DNA of 63,870 nt, filler included, from Vannella sp. (lineage: Eukaryota), in NCBI GenBank assembly GCA_023345925.1. It is 8 parts of 8 records of this genome, joined end to end, with 100 filler letters (N's around TTAATTAATTAA, not from the genome) between each part and the next. Parts side by side here need not be neighbours in the genome. Positions count along the whole stretch, not along the records: positions 9,811 to 26,200 come from JAJQQN010000073.1; positions 26,301 to 33,663 come from JAJQQN010000170.1; positions 33,764 to 46,038 come from JAJQQN010000875.1; 5 more parts are not named here. One strand, given 5' to 3'. A program made the position numbers and the translations under genes. Of this stretch, positions 25,275-34,830 are shown in pieces (positions within the stretch are counted from its first letter, which is position 1; each line of letters opens with the position of its first letter). The notes under the pieces are model-generated. The model ran no database searches and was not told the DNA's origin. It saw only the letters and a list, made by a program, of their open reading frames with translations.

Positions 25275-26113
25275 ATGCAGCACGGGCGGGTGGCGTTACG
25301 CAGGACACTTTGGGGACAGCGAAGGCCTTTCTTCGGGAATTCGATGGGCCGCTTGGCTGGGGAAGTTGATAAGCTCAAGAAGTCTAATCTGTAAGGGGTT
25401 CTCTAGCACCTTCCTGGGCGTGCGAGGCTGACTAGAGGTAGTCAGGAGGACATGAGCAAGGGGACTGGCGTGATGACAGCGGCAGAAGTCTTCAAGAACC
25501 CCGCCCTCAAGGTAGTCGCACCTCAATTGATCTCCCCGTAGGTTAGCAGTTGCTTTGCACTCGCGTGGAACTCACATACAGTATCGGTAGACCAGCGCTC
25601 TTCCCCCAGATCGAGTCGTGGGGTCTAACGCTTGATATGGCAGTGAATAGGGTGGAGATCACCGAGCAACTTCACGATGGCCTGGGCTACAAGCTACTGA
25701 TCGTCATAGAGAAGCGCCAAGTGGGCTTCTTCATGTCCAATCAGTGGCGAACAGTCATGGAGACTCACTACCCCACCATTCCTGTGTTAGAGCTCATCCT
25801 TGTTCATCAACTGAGTCAAATCATCTTCCTTCCTGTGCTTTGGGTGGCCTTTTGGACCCGTCTCCTCCCAGAAGCCATTTCCACCACATTCGTTCACATT
25901 GGACCTTGCCGAGAGTTCATGCGAGAGATACGAATGCAGAATCCATACATTCCCAATGTCTACCTCGTCGACCAACAAGGCCGTGCGGTCTGGGTCTCCT
26001 CCTCTGCCCCCACAGAAGAGGACCTCGCACAACTGGAGTCCATTATCCACCGTCGTAAACGTCCATTTGGCGAGAGAGTGGATCCTCGTCGACAATCCCA
26101 CACCAAAGAATGA
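25275..26113 (+). CDS. ATP10: ATP10-family mitochondrial ATP synthase assembly factor
   Basis: Arg-rich presequence; two introns; ALFPQIESWGLTLD and NPYIPNVYLVDQQGRAVWVSSSAPTEEDL match the ATP10 pattern. Confidence 0.7.
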
Positions 26114-26127
26114 AGTTTCCTCCCGAG

Positions 26128-26200
26128 AAATCCACGAGTGAAGGGGAAGAGGGGGCAGAACTCGTATTTGCGTAGCTTGCCCTGATGACCTCCATCTCTT
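26128..26200 (-). repeat. Dispersed repeat; reverse complement of 27956-28027
   Basis: aaatccacgagtgaagggg...gcagaactcgtatttgcgtagcttgccctgatgacctccatctctt is nearly identical to the reverse complement of the copy in the next contig. Confidence 0.9.
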
Positions 26201-26300
26201 NNNNNNNNNNNNNNNNNNNNNNNNNNNNNNNNNNNNNNNNNNNNTTAATTAATTAANNNNNNNNNNNNNNNNNNNNNNNNNNNNNNNNNNNNNNNNNNNN
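26201..26300. other. Artificial contig-joining linker
   Basis: N44-TTAATTAATTAA-N44. Confidence 0.98.
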
Positions 26301-26489
26301 AAGCATTTGGGAGCTGGGTTGGAGAAAATGTCTTAAAAAAGAAGAGCAGTTTCCTTTTATAGCTTTGGAAAGTGCGAGTTAATGATACAAGAGAATTTAC
26401 CCAAAATACCTAGATTTTGGGGTCCATTATTTTTTGAGACAATTACTTATCTAACCCTTTCTGGTTTTATACTTATCTAACCCCCCGTG

Positions 26490-26704
26490 AAGGGAGTGAC
26501 TACCTCAGGATGTGAGATAGTGTCCACAAAAACCAGCTTTACTCCTCAACAGCAAGCAAAACGTGAGGAGAAGTGAGAAGGATGGGATGGCTGGGACGAA
26601 GAAAGTCAAGAGTTATTCTGTCGCTTGAAGCCACCTTCTGGCGCTACTTTATGTCCCTGAGGACGATTAAATGTGGGCCTCAATCGGAAGGGCATGGAGA
26701 CTGA
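26490..26704 (+). repeat. ~210-bp degenerate direct repeat, copy 1 (left of Rac)
   Basis: Colinear with 28061-28292; exact shared 33-mer aaaaccagctttactcctcaacagcaagcaaaa (26529-26561 / 28098-28130). Confidence 0.9.
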
Positions 26705-26926
26705 AAAGAATGTGAATGTTGTGAAGGAAGATTCGCCTTCTCTCGAAAAAAAAGAAAACCCCATTTTCCAACAAAAAAAAAAAAAAAAAAGAATCAAGAT
26801 GCAAAACTTCAGCTAAATGGCATTGTTCGTTTCGCCTCTCCCTTTGGCTGAACCATTCCTTCATTGGATTCACATCTGAGCGGAGCCGCACTTCTACACT
26901 GTCCATCATCTCTATCTCTCTCATTC

Positions 26927-27472
26927 ATGCAAGCTATCAAGTGCGTTGTGGTGGGGAACGAGGGTGTGGGGAAGACTTGCTTGATGTCGGTGTACACCAA
27001 CAACCAGTTCCCTGGAGAATACTTTCCCACAGTGTTTGACGTCTACTCTGCCAACGTGATAGTGGACAACAACCCCATCAATCTGGACTTGACGGACACT
27101 GCAGGAAAGGAGGACTACGATCAATTGCGCCTGTTAAGCTACCCACAGACCGACGTGTTCCTCTTGTGCTATTCTATATCAAACAGAGCGAGCTTGGGGG
27201 CCATTGTAACAAAGTGGCACCCCGAGATCTCCTTCCACCGTCCAGGAACGCCCTTCCTGATTGTTGCCACAAAGAGCGATCTGGCGGGCGATGAAGTCAT
27301 CCTTGAAAACCTGTCTGAAAGGTACCAACCCATCGTGCTTCCGGTAGAAGGCCAACACTTGGCGGACACTTTGGGGGCGCACAAGTTCATGGAATGCTCC
27401 GCTCTCACCCAGGAAGGACTCAAAACAGTCATTGACGAAGCTATTCGCGTGGCGTTACTCCCATTGCCTTGA
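26927..27472 (+). CDS. Atypical intronless Rac/Rho GTPase lacking CAAX (possible pseudogene)
   Basis: [44 protein letters not shown]; stops at LPLP*. Confidence 0.85.
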   Translation: MQAIKCVVVGNEGVGKTCLMSVYTNNQFPGEYFPTVFDVYSANVIVDNNPINLDLTDTAGKEDYDQLRLLSYPQTDVFLLCYSISNRASLGAIVTKWHPEISFHRPGTPFLIVATKSDLAGDEVILENLSERYQPIVLPVEGQHLADTLGAHKFMECSALTQEGLKTVIDEAIRVALLPLP

Positions 27473-27860
27473 AAACCTAAACATAAAACCCCGATTCCAC
27501 CCACTCAGCATCGATTTTGGGCCCGTTTTCGCAGGTGGTCGCCTGCACTCTTTTCCAGACATTTAAACTGTTAATCGGCGTCAGGCGTAGTATCCTGGAG
27601 CCGTGAAGTCTCGAGCTTCTGGGACTCCCTTCTGATAAATCGGATACTGCTCGGGATGGCGGAGTGAAGGGACTTTCGAGGGTAAGATGAAGAGCTTAAC
27701 CCTCCATGTGACGAACAAGTAAGTCTGACTTTATTTGAAAGGATTCAATGGTTGCGAAACATGCCTTTTCACTTGGGAACTATGAGCTTCGGCAAAACGC
27801 GTCATCAGAGGTCTACCTAACTTCTAGAGCAAGAGCAGCAGACTTGAATGCTTGACTTGA

Positions 27861-28030
27861 GAGAAGTCACGAGTGGCGAGGGCATTTCCCCTTGTTTGGG
27901 TTCCACAAACATCCAAAAAGTGAATTAAATGAAATCAGTCCAAAAGCTTATCCTGAAGAGATGGAGGTCATCAGGGCAAGCTACGCAAATACGAGTTCTG
28001 CCCCTGTTCCCCTTCACTCGTGGATTTTTT
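27861..28030. mobile_element. MITE-like non-autonomous element
   Basis: Imperfect terminal inverted repeats (cacgagtg 27868-27875 / cactcgtg 28015-28022); a second partial copy at 26128-26200; no TSD recognised. Confidence 0.45.
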
Positions 28031-28060
28031 CCTGAAGGCATCAGGCGAAGATACACTGGA

Positions 28061-28292
28061 AAGGGGTGAGTGTCTCAAGACGTGAAATAGCGTTTACAAA
28101 ACCAGCTTTACTCCTCAACAGCAAGCAAAAAGTGAGGGGAAGTGGGAGGGATGTGACGGATAGGATGGCTGGGGTGAAGAAAGTCATAAGCAATCGCATT
28201 TCGTCGCTTGAAAGCACCTTCTGGTATTGCTTTCCGTCCCTTTGGTAGGTTCAGCGTGGTCTTCAACCGGAAGGGCATGGTGACAGACTGGA
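28061..28292 (+). repeat. ~210-bp degenerate direct repeat, copy 2 (right of Rac)
   Basis: Colinear with 26490-26704. Confidence 0.9.
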
Positions 28293-28560
28293 CCGAATCT
28301 CGTTCGCCTCCACCTTTGCCCCAAACAGGCGCTCCCTCTTTCCTGTTCCGGAACTGAGCCGAACTCCCAACGCCCCGACACCCCCAAACCAGTGTTTTCT
28401 CCTTTTTTGATCGTCGGTGTTCCCTGCCGAACTATCTTGACAACAACCAATGCCCGGCGTGAATGCCGGCCACAGTGAATGAATGATCTCTTTCAGCTTT
28501 TTCTTGTCCGGGTCCACATGGCGGCTTCTTCTTTTATTCCATTGTTTCATTACTATTGTC

Positions 28561-29549
28561 ATGGCGACGGCGGCTATCTCGCGGGACGAGCAGCGATTCA
28601 TTCGGGGAGGTGTGGAGGATGATATTCGACAGGATGGACGATCGAGGATGGAGTACCGAGACTTTACGATAGAGACGGGTGTTCTGGCTCAAACGAATGG
28701 CTCCGCCATGCTGCATCTGGGAGCATCAAGGGTCCTCGTTGCTGTAAAACTTGAGATTGGGCAGCCCGACCCGAATACTCCCAACTGGGGGAAAGCCAAG
28801 TGTTCTGTGGACTGGTGCCGCGCTACTCCTCCATCAACAGAGCAGCGAATCTACCGGGAAACTCTCGCTGCCTCACTTTCCCGGCGGCAAGAGCGAGCTT
28901 TGCAACCCTCGGCGGGGGAGAACTCCCAAGGTGGTATAGATCTAGCCAGCCTTTGTATTATTCCCCGCCTACAGTGCTGGATCGTCTACGTGGACGTCCT
29001 AGTCCTCGGTGATGGAGGGAACCTCGCAGACGCGATCTCTCTCGGTATTCGAGCGGCCCTTCGTAACACCAAGTAAGGAGCTTCACGTGACAACCACTAG
29101 ACATTCACACTCCATGTAGAGTGCCCAAAACAGAGCTAATCCCGGGAGAACTCGACGGGGAGATGGATTTCGAGTTGTCCGAGGATCCTTTAGACTGCAC
29201 ACGGATCGACACGCAGCGTATACCAATCTGTGTGTCTCTTACCAAGATCGGGGACTACTTCGTGATCGACCCAACCTCGGAGGAGGAGAGTTGCATGACC
29301 ATGCAACTGACCGTGGCTGTGGACAAAGCTGGCAACTTCTGTTCGATGAGTAAGACCGGCCGTGGGTCCATTGACCCTTCTGGGATGATGGAAATGCTTC
29401 AGGTGCGCTCCCTTCTCCTCCTGGGAGCTGTTTCGCTAACCTGTCCGCAGTCTGTCCAGAAGATAGGTCAGTCGCTGATCAGCAAGATCGACTCTGTTCT
29501 CAATGATGAGGAGACACGTCAAGTGGCCTCCTTAGGCTTCCTGGGATGA
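28561..29549 (+). CDS. EXOSC7: Exosome complex RNase PH subunit RRP42
   Basis: EQRFIRGGVEDDIRQDGR, QTNGSA, CWIVYVDVLVL...GGNL, DPTSEEE; introns ~29073-29119 and ~29403-29450. Confidence 0.92.
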
Positions 29550-29612
29550 TCATACAGTCTCCTGAAGTCGTCTATTGTTCTTCTGAAGGCTCCTTCCACC
29601 CGTGTGGGGCGC

Positions 29613-30476
29613 TTAGTTGGACGGCAAGGACTTCTTCTTCTTCTTTGGAGTAGTCTCAGGCTTCTTTCCTTTGGGATCCTCCTTCTGTTCTTGTCCAGAG
29701 GATGAGCGCTTCTTGTGAAGGATAGGCAAAGCCTTTGGGGTCTTCGGGGACTTGGGAGCGGGTGTCTTTGGCGTTTCGGGTGTTTTCTGCGATTTGGAAG
29801 GCTTTGATGACTTGGATTTCTTAGGTGTGTCAAGCTCCATATCATCCTGGGGCTCTGGCTTGATCTCAGCAGCTCCCTGTTTAAAGAAAGAGAGATCCTT
29901 AAAGTTGTTCGTGGTTGCTCGCTTGTACACGTCAATCTGCTTCAAAACTTCCTTCCTACTCCCTATGAGATTCTTCTCCGACAAGAAGGTGACCAAGGAA
30001 CGCACTTTGAGCGAGAAGAGACAATCTCTGCAATCTCATCTCCATTCACATCCTCACTGGTTCCCCCACGCTTGATGTGTTCACGCAATGCGCTCTCCAC
30101 TTGGTTAAGCTCCTCATTCGTCCAAAAGGCCTTCAGACTGCGAAGAGGAGCCATGAGTCAGGAACAAACGAGGAAACCTTCTCTTACCTCTTCTTCTTGC
30201 GAGTCCGCTTCCCAAGAACGCTGTCTTTGCCTTTCCCTTTAGCACCGTTGGAGATAGTACTCCCCTCTATCAGAAATAAGCTGGTGAGTGGACTGTACCC
30301 TCAAAGATGGATCCTCACGATAGATCTGGCCCAAAAGATTGCTGATCTCCGCAAAGTCCTTCGCTGCAACATCAAAGAGAGCAGCCAACTACCTCATTAG
30401 CCAACTGCTAACGTCCTACCGAACCCAAACTCACTTGCAAAGCGCGATCGTCACCCTTTTGCAGAGGGCCAGACAT
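29613..30476 (-). CDS. SANT/Myb-domain nuclear protein, possibly BAP18-like
   Basis: Spliced; LAALFDVAAKDFAEISNLL, FWTNEELNQVESALREH (Myb-like), Lys-rich tail with TPK/SPK repeats. Confidence 0.55.
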
Positions 30477-30678
30477 CCTTCCCTGGACCGTTACAAAATG
30501 ATGTCATTCCCAAATTCAAGCCTCCCCATCGCCGCCAGGGTTAGTTGAGTAATCTTCCTTCCACCTTTTGAAGGAATGAGGTTGAAGGGGAAGCGGAAAG
30601 TCCGGTTTACTACAACGGAGAGGTTGGATGGTGAGGGAAAGGATAATAGCAGTTGTGATATCAAAGTTAGGGGTCAGA

Positions 30679-31004
30679 TCAGTCGTCATACTCGTTGGCA
30701 GGGGCGCCAGTAACGCGAATGGCATAGAGACCGCACTTCCGACCGACCAGGTTCTGCCAACGGGCCACCCAACTCTCCTTTCCGGAGTCGTTCAATGCAA
30801 TCATCCTTCGTGCCAGTAAGCCAACAATCCGTTCATTCGCCCCTCCTCTCGCAAAGGGAGAACGTACCCATTAAAGTTAGGGCTGGTCCGCGTCCGGGCT
30901 GCCTCCCCCCTGTACTTGCAGTTGTCACACCCGTTTTCATAAAACTCATCAAGCGACTTGATCAGAGAGCACGAGTGACAAGCACGGAGGTTCCCTGTGT
31001 CCAT
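30679..31004 (-). CDS. SPT4: Transcription elongation factor Spt4
   Basis: LRACHSCSLIKS...GCDNC...TSPNFNG / MIAL...SWVARWQ...GLYAIRV; one intron. Confidence 0.93.
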
Positions 31005-31101
31005 CCCCGCCCAACTCTGAACCAAAGAAATGACCTCCTTTGGCCCTTTGCATTTCCCCTCTTCCCAATGAGAGGGAATTCGGTTCTATTGAGGCAAGCA
31101 T

Positions 31102-32019
31102 TTAGGGGTGGACCTCCTCCAAATGGGCCATCAGCTCGGGAAGCCGTTTGATTTCCATTCCACATTTGGGACAGGCCAGGGGCTTCTTGATTGCTTCATT
31201 GTAGAATCCCTCATCCAGCTGCTCGTAGTTTAGTGTCAGGGAGCTGTAGGAGTGAGAGGGAGCCCACATACGTCAACGCAACCCTTTTGTTTGAGCTGGT
31301 CTATCAGCACCTGCGGGTCCACAAAGAACTCAGTGTTGAATGTGTTCCAGTGACGCTTATTCTTGATGTGAGGCGAGTCAAAGTCATCTGAGATCACGTG
31401 CAAATGAATCTGCCTGTTCCAAGGGGTCAATTCGGAGGCTCTCGCACCTGGAAGGTGACTCACAGCATGACAGGAACAGCCTGGAACCCCACTTTGAAGT
31501 TCAAGTTCTTCCCTGCCTCAGTTTGCTTCACTCTACTCTTCCGTTAGGCAAAGGCACCTCGAGGATGGAAGTTACTCACTCTTTGATGAGTTCCTGTGCT
31601 CGATCGCGCATCTCCTCCAACAGTTCGATGTGAGTCTCATTCAAGAGCGAGTACTTTTGAAGGAGAGTGGTGGGGAGGATCATAAAGTGAGCCTTCGCTT
31701 TGGGTTTGCGATCAAAGACCACTGCCACTCGCTTGTTACTGAGATGTCCATCCTTGGGGTCATAGAACAAGTCCTTGTGGTTCTGAGGGTTTCGAATAAG
31801 ATCGATAAAGCCCAGCTTAAAGTAGTCATAACGATTCCTCCCTTTCGACTCCTCCTGGACTTCACTCGTCACCTCCGAACAGAACCCAGCCCTCCACGGT
31901 CGGAGTGCAGTCACTGGAGAAGCACCAGTTCCCACATATCCCAAACCCCCTCGCACAAGCGCCCTCTCCGAGCCTTTCGCCCACAAACCGGGCGAACGAG
32001 ACAACAGGGCCCTCCGCAT
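31102..32019 (-). CDS. APTX: Aprataxin/Hnt3 (HIT + C2H2 zinc finger), probably mitochondrial
   Basis: DRKPKAKAHFMILP, GFQAVP, QIHLHVISDDFDS...KNKRHWNTFNTEFF, LACPKC...LMAHLEEVH; Arg-rich N-terminus; no FHA domain seen. Confidence 0.88.
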
Positions 32020-32111
32020 TACCAAGAAATGAATCGTTCCCGATCTCCTTCATTTTTATTGTCGGTTGCGAAACCAAGGGAACAGGCCATGGCTGGTCAC
32101 TTTTTGTTAGG

Positions 32112-33563
32112 ATGGAGGGCGGCCTTTGGTTTTATGTGCAGTCGCGGTCAGAGGCGAGTCGTTTGGTGCGGAATCATGTTGCAAAGAAGCTAGGTCCGAT
32201 GCTGGGCGATGATGGGGAACCGTGCCAGTGGAGGGAATGGACGAGAGACTGCCCGGCGGATATTGCGTTGAAGAAGGAAGCTGCGGAACTCGCGCGCTGT
32301 TCAACTGGGAAGCGTCCTGATCAGCAAGCCGGAGAATCTCTTTCTGATGTCATCTATCGAGAGAAGCTTGTCGACAGCATTCCACTCTTTTGGCTTCGAA
32401 AGCGTTCGGTCTTCCCTTTCTTCTACCAAAAGAGTGCTCGGGAGACCCAAGGCACCGTATGTCTTGTCAATCACACAGTAGGAGAGGTACATCTCACACA
32501 GAAAGCCATGCTCGTGCGCACACTCGCGAGCTACTTTGGCGAGCGCGGGTACTTTGACTTCCACCCTCCCACTTTCATCTTCTCCTTGGAAAGCGCACGT
32601 AGTAACAAGTCAGAACCCTTCACAGTCGAAGTCCTTCGAAGCAAGGTCGTCTCTGATGTCCAAGCTATCGTCAATGGCGATTCCCCACGACTTTGGATCC
32701 TCAAACCATCCACAGGCTCCTGCGGACGGGGCATCTCCATCCTGGAGCTGATGACCAAAGAAGAGGAGAGTCTCGATATCTCTGAGATCACCAACAGGAT
32801 CGAAGAACGACTGAAAGCAATCGTCTCCTCGTACAAGCGCGAGCGAAGTCCTGAGCTCATTGTACAGTCATACATCGAGCGCCCGCTTCTCTACCGAGGG
32901 TACAAGTTTGATTATCGAGTATACCTTATGATCGCTTCCGTTAGGAGGCCATTCATCGCTCTGTACACAAGGGAGGGCTATCTGCGGGTGTGCAGCGACC
33001 AATATGACGATGACATCCAGAACCGCAACGCGCACATCACCAACTTCCACGTGCAAAGAGATCACCCTCTCTACGACCCCACAACAGACTCTATTGAAGG
33101 GCGCACAACAAGAGTGGAGTACCAACACTTCATTGATTACCTTCTGGAAGTCGGCCTTTACAAAGACGCCCTTTCCTCCGTAGAGCCTGAGAACAAGAGA
33201 CAGAAGCTGATTGATCTCCTTGATGAGAAGGTACATCGATGCATTGGCCAAGCTGCTCAAGCGTCAATCAACCGCATCGGGTCTCACCCTCAATGTGCTG
33301 AAGGTCAATTCGCTCTCCTTGGGGTGGACCTCCTTCTGGATGCAGAGGGGGAGGTGTGGCTCATCGAGTTCACGAAGAGTCCTGCGTTCAGAATGCAACC
33401 AGATTACCTGAACTCCCTTCACACCCGGGTTCTTACCGAGTGTGCTGACATTGCCTTGGAGGTTGAAGCCAAAAGGGACCATAGAACTCGCACTGTGGAT
33501 GTGTCTCACATCTCTTCAATCCAGGAGTCTTCTGTTTGGTCGATGCTCCGTTTGTCCCAATAA
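32112..33563 (+). CDS. TTLL10: Tubulin-tyrosine-ligase-like ATP-grasp enzyme, TTLL10 (glycylase)-like
   Basis: WILKPSTGSCGRGI, VQSYIERPLL, KFDYRVYLMIAS, HITNFHVQRDHPLY, LLGVDLLLD..VWLIE; intronless; subfamily call less certain than the family call. Confidence 0.75.
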   Translation: MEGGLWFYVQSRSEASRLVRNHVAKKLGPMLGDDGEPCQWREWTRDCPADIALKKEAAELARCSTGKRPDQQAGESLSDVIYREKLVDSIPLFWLRKRSVFPFFYQKSARETQGTVCLVNHTVGEVHLTQKAMLVRTLASYFGERGYFDFHPPTFIFSLESARSNKSEPFTVEVLRSKVVSDVQAIVNGDSPRLWILKPSTGSCGRGISILELMTKEEESLDISEITNRIEERLKAIVSSYKRERSPELIVQSYIERPLLYRGYKFDYRVYLMIASVRRPFIALYTREGYLRVCSDQYDDDIQNRNAHITNFHVQRDHPLYDPTTDSIEGRTTRVEYQHFIDYLLEVGLYKDALSSVEPENKRQKLIDLLDEKVHRCIGQAAQASINRIGSHPQCAEGQFALLGVDLLLDAEGEVWLIEFTKSPAFRMQPDYLNSLHTRVLTECADIALEVEAKRDHRTRTVDVSHISSIQESSVWSMLRLSQ

Positions 33564-33663
33564 CACCATCATCAAGATCATTTTTGAACATCTCGATCAA
33601 CCACAGATCGTAGATCGTAGATATAAATGCGAATTTATCAACTGCCAGGATTGTCCAACCAAT

Positions 33664-33763
33664 NNNNNNNNNNNNNNNNNNNNNNNNNNNNNNNNNNNNN
33701 NNNNNNNTTAATTAATTAANNNNNNNNNNNNNNNNNNNNNNNNNNNNNNNNNNNNNNNNNNNN
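33664..33763. other. Artificial contig-joining linker
   Basis: N44-TTAATTAATTAA-N44. Confidence 0.98.
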
Positions 33764-33780
33764 TGACCATTGTCTGGGCG

Positions 33781-34645
33781 ATGCCAGGATTGTCGAGTGG
33801 ATCGAAGGATCGGCGCTGGTTGATTGCGGGTGTCTCTGCTGGAGTTACTGCAGTGGTGGGCTTGACTCTGTTGATCTTTCCTGACGTGGGTACTGGCCGT
33901 GCTCTTCCTTGGGTGGTGAGTTGGATGATCCGCGCGATTGGGGGGACTTGCGGGTTTGTGTCGTTGGCGGGGTGAGTTCTTCGTTGTTCCTTGGTAGGAA
34001 GCTGATTGGTATAAGCTTGATAGTGGCGAATAGTCCTCGTTTACTCTTTTTGATCACTCTACAGCGCACGCTGCGGAGCCTCAAGGAGAAAGGCCTTCAT
34101 CATTGGGATGAAGTCATCCCTGGCAAGCTTGTCCTCAGTGCTATCCCCTCCTTCACTCAACTACCTCAAATTGTTTCACCTACAACAGATGGAGGACTTG
34201 GTGTGACCGCTGTAGTCGTTGTCCTCAGCAAATGCGAACTCCGACCATCTCTTCTCTACCGACCAGTCCAGCTCTCGGAGTGGAAGGAGAGGTCTATTGA
34301 GACCCTCCATGTTGAATCAGGAGACTTCTTCCCAGTAACCGTAGCTGACCTCCTCCACGCCGCCAACTTTATCCACAAAAAGGTAACCCGATGAAGAGGC
34401 GCCCGTCAACTCTTATCTGACTGTGTTGGGGCCAGTTAGAAGATGGAGGCAAGGTCTTAGTCCACTGCAAAGCTGGAAAGGGACGTAGTTCAACCTGCTG
34501 TGCAGTGTATATGGTCAAATACCTGGGAATGACTCCTCAGGAAGCCTGCCGAACACTCAAACGCCATCGGCCTCAAGTGCACATGAATACCCAACAATGG
34601 AAAACTGTGCTGGAAGCGACAAATGCCATGAAAAAGTCCCGATAA
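33781..34645 (+). CDS. PTPMT1: PTPMT1-like phosphatidylglycerophosphatase / dual-specificity phosphatase
   Basis: Hydrophobic N-terminus, HWDEVIPGKLVLSAIP, VLVHCKAGKGRS, RHRPQV; two introns. Confidence 0.78.
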
Positions 34646-34830
34646 TCGCTCTCTCCTCCATTCTCCTCTCTCTCGAGCCATTCCTAAATGCACAGACTTG
34701 GCCGACCAATGCCTTCAATTTGGTCTTTGATCTGAGGTGCAGTGTTAAATGCGAAAGCGGGCTTTATGGCCAAGTCGTTCAGAGAAGTGTGTGAATGACT
34801 TGGCCTAAGAATATGGTTGTCCTCGTTTGT

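Noticed and set aside
26446..26486. Short tandem duplication tacttatctaaccc x2 (and a ~21-bp duplication at ~9578-9620)
   Set aside because: Only two copies each; no supportable function from sequence alone.
27470..27558. Rac TGA as selenocysteine, or downstream TGC ACT CTT TTC (CTLF) as its CAAX
   Set aside because: The TGA is not at a redox position and no SECIS was recognised; CTLF is out of frame and not followed by a stop.
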